NCBI RefSeq assembly: GCF_009914755.1
Contig: NC_060927.1
DNA: 64,000 bases
Source of the DNA: the human T2T-CHM13v2.0 reference genome, Homo sapiens
Reading direction: 5' to 3' (one strand)
Under the pieces are notes generated by a model that searched no databases, was not told the origin of the DNA, and was given only the letters and a program-made list of their open reading frames with translations. The translations under genes were made by a program, and so were the position numbers. Each line of letters begins with the position of its first letter. The stretch's first letter is position 1. Shown here piece after piece: positions 61,706 to 64,000 of the stretch.

Positions 61706-63306
61706 CCTGTATGAGGTCGGTGCTGTGATTATCCACATGTTCACTTGTTCTCTCTGGCCTCTTTCAGGCTCTTGCACTTCCTTTGCTCTTTTCCTGCCAC
61801 AGGGCCTTTGCACATCCTGCTCTTTCTGCCTGGAAAGATTTTTCCCTCTCCCTGCCTCTTCACCTGGTCACGGTCTCATCTGACAGTGGAGTCACTACAT
61901 CCTCAGGGATGTCTGGCCACACTGACTCAGTCACAGCAACCCCCTGTTATCTGCTTTCATGACACCAGGTGCCTCTCTGTGGTAGACACTAGCTCAGCTA
62001 CGGCTTCCTGTTTCTGTGCGTGTCATCCTTCCCCTTCAAGACTGTGGTCACCGTGAGGGCCAGGGCCATGCCTGTTCCTGATTCTCATTTGTGTCTCTGG
62101 TGTTTAGTATATGCTTACCTAGAATTTGATTAATGAATGACGGCATATCCATTTTACAGATGAGAAAGTTGAGGCTCAAGAACATCGTGTAACTTGCTCG
62201 GTATTAGATAGTGATGGTTTGAAGCGATCTGGCTGGTCGCTGGGTGCACACTCTTAACCACTTCACTATGGTTCTTCTCTCATGGTAGCTCTCCAACAGC
62301 AGGAGTGAGAGACAACTTTAGGACAGGTGTAACCAGAATCCCAGGGGTTATCCTAGAAGGTGGTGTCAGGAACATGCTTGCCTATGGGCCTTCTTACTGT
62401 ATTGCATAAAATACTCAGTTTTTCTGACTCGCCTTTAGTAAAGACCTTAGCAATATTTGAAGCACAGTTGTCAGTAGGAAAGGGTGGGTGTTTATACTTT
62501 TTTAAAAAGGAGTCTATATCATATTTATCTTGTGGTCTGCCATGCCCACCGCTCTTCTTCAGCTTCAGTTATGCAAAATTCACACTTCTCCTCTTGACTG
62601 CCTCTCTCTTACCTGTTCAGTTTCTTTTCTGTGTTCGAGATTGCTTAGAATTTTTCCCCATTACTACAGCCTGCTTCCCACCTGTATCCCCCAGCCAGCT
62701 TGTTCTGGATTTTGTCAACAACAGTTCCAGCGTTTAGTGAGGGCTGGACTGAAGGAAAGCCTTGGAAAAGGCTGCGTGATGAAAGGTGAAGATACCTAAT
62801 GGGCAGGCAGTCATCAGGGTTAATTCAAAGGCTGGAAGAAGGGCTCACCTGGAGGACTGGAAATGTCTTTGAGCTGAAGGTCATGTGCAGGTGGAACGAA
62901 GAGGGTGAGCCTTTTGGGGTGAACTGCAAGTATTTGATAAGATCCCTGTCCCCATGGTTGGGGAAGTCTTGATAAGCATCCTCAATGTGATGGAAGGATC
63001 AAGGAACCCGTGGCTCTACCTGTCCAGCATGGCAGCAACATGACACAGCCAAGTTATTGATTATTGGTTGCCCAGCTGTCATCACTCAACATCTTCTGTT
63101 AGTTATAGCTGTAATTTGCACTAGTTGTCAATGCCAGTTTTGACTTTCCTAGTCAATAAAGTGTTCGGAGAGTGGCGACTAAGGCTGAGCACTACCCATA
63201 ATCATGAGTATTACAGAGGCAAGCCCCCTTGCCCACCCACCTGCAGGTGATGACACACCCTAGGAAATCACTCAATTCTTTGGAGGACCCTGAATAAAAG
63301 CTCAAG

Positions 63307-63727
63307 TCCATCTGTTCATCTGTCCGTCCATCCATCCACCATTCCATCCATCCATCCATCCATCCATCCATCCAGACATGCATACATCCATCCACCCACC
63401 TACCCATCTATCCACCCACCACCCACCCATCTATCCATCCAACCCACTCTCTTATGCACCCAGCTATCATCCACCTAGCCACCCACCAACCCATTTATAC
63501 ATCCACTCACCCATGCATCTATCCACCCATTCACTCATCTACCCATCTATCCACCCACCCGTGGATCCATTTATCTATCCCTCCACCCCCTCACTCACTC
63601 ATCCATTTCTCCACCCACTCAGCCATCCCTTCACCGACTCAACCATCCATTCATTCATCCACCTGCCCACCCACCCATCTTTCCATCCACCCATCTATCC
63701 ACCCACCCACCTATGTATCCATCCACT
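63307..63727. repeat. Degenerate (TCCA/CCCA)n tetranucleotide array, about 420 bp
   Basis: Read directly from the sequence. Confidence 0.95.
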
Positions 63728-64000
63728 GCTTGTCCTTCTGTTCATTTATTCCACAAAGACTCATTAACCACCTACTAGATTCTGGGGAGGTATCTGCTCT
63801 AGTAATTGAGAACATGGTTTCTGGAATCTGATTCCCTGGGCTCAAATTGAGCTGCCTCCTAGCTAGCTGCTTGGGTAAGTTATAGAAACTGTGCTTTGAT
63901 TTTCTTATCTGAAAATTGGCTATTAATAGCTTCTACTCTTGCAGATATAGTGAGGATTAAATAAGATGTCACGTTAAAAGTGCATCATCGACACTCAATA

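Noticed and set aside
63192-63831. His/Pro/Ser-rich ORFs
   Set aside because: Translations of the (TCCA)n repeat.

Overview
This is primate (almost certainly human) genomic DNA, recognised as the MRPS25-RBSN locus (3p25.1 from memory; not checked against an assembly). The minus strand carries the first coding exon and CpG-island promoter of MRPS25 (about 1.1-1.9 kb). It also carries the complete RBSN (rabenosyn-5/ZFYVE20) gene: 11 coding exons that splice GT-AG into 2355 nt (784 aa plus stop), a roughly 3.7 kb 3'UTR with three Alus in alternating orientation, and a CpG promoter at about 35.4-35.85 kb. The rest (36-64 kb) has no recognisable host gene and is dense in repeats; the window holds over 40 Alus plus L1, L2, MIR, hAT MITEs, MaLR LTRs and ERV1 solo LTRs. 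A decayed class III (ERVL-like) provirus at about 45.5-50.2 kb retains a 5' LTR, a tRNA-Ser primer-binding site and gag/RT/RNase H/IN remnants. I found no convincing novel protein-coding system. The most interesting signals are post-transcriptional controls on RBSN (an alternative 3' splice site that toggles four uAUGs; inverted Alus plus a proximal poly(A) signal), two strong CTCF motifs, deeply nested transposon insertions with readable target-site duplications (TSDs), and the remodelled provirus. Repeat subfamily names are recalled from consensus sequences and need RepeatMasker/Dfam confirmation.
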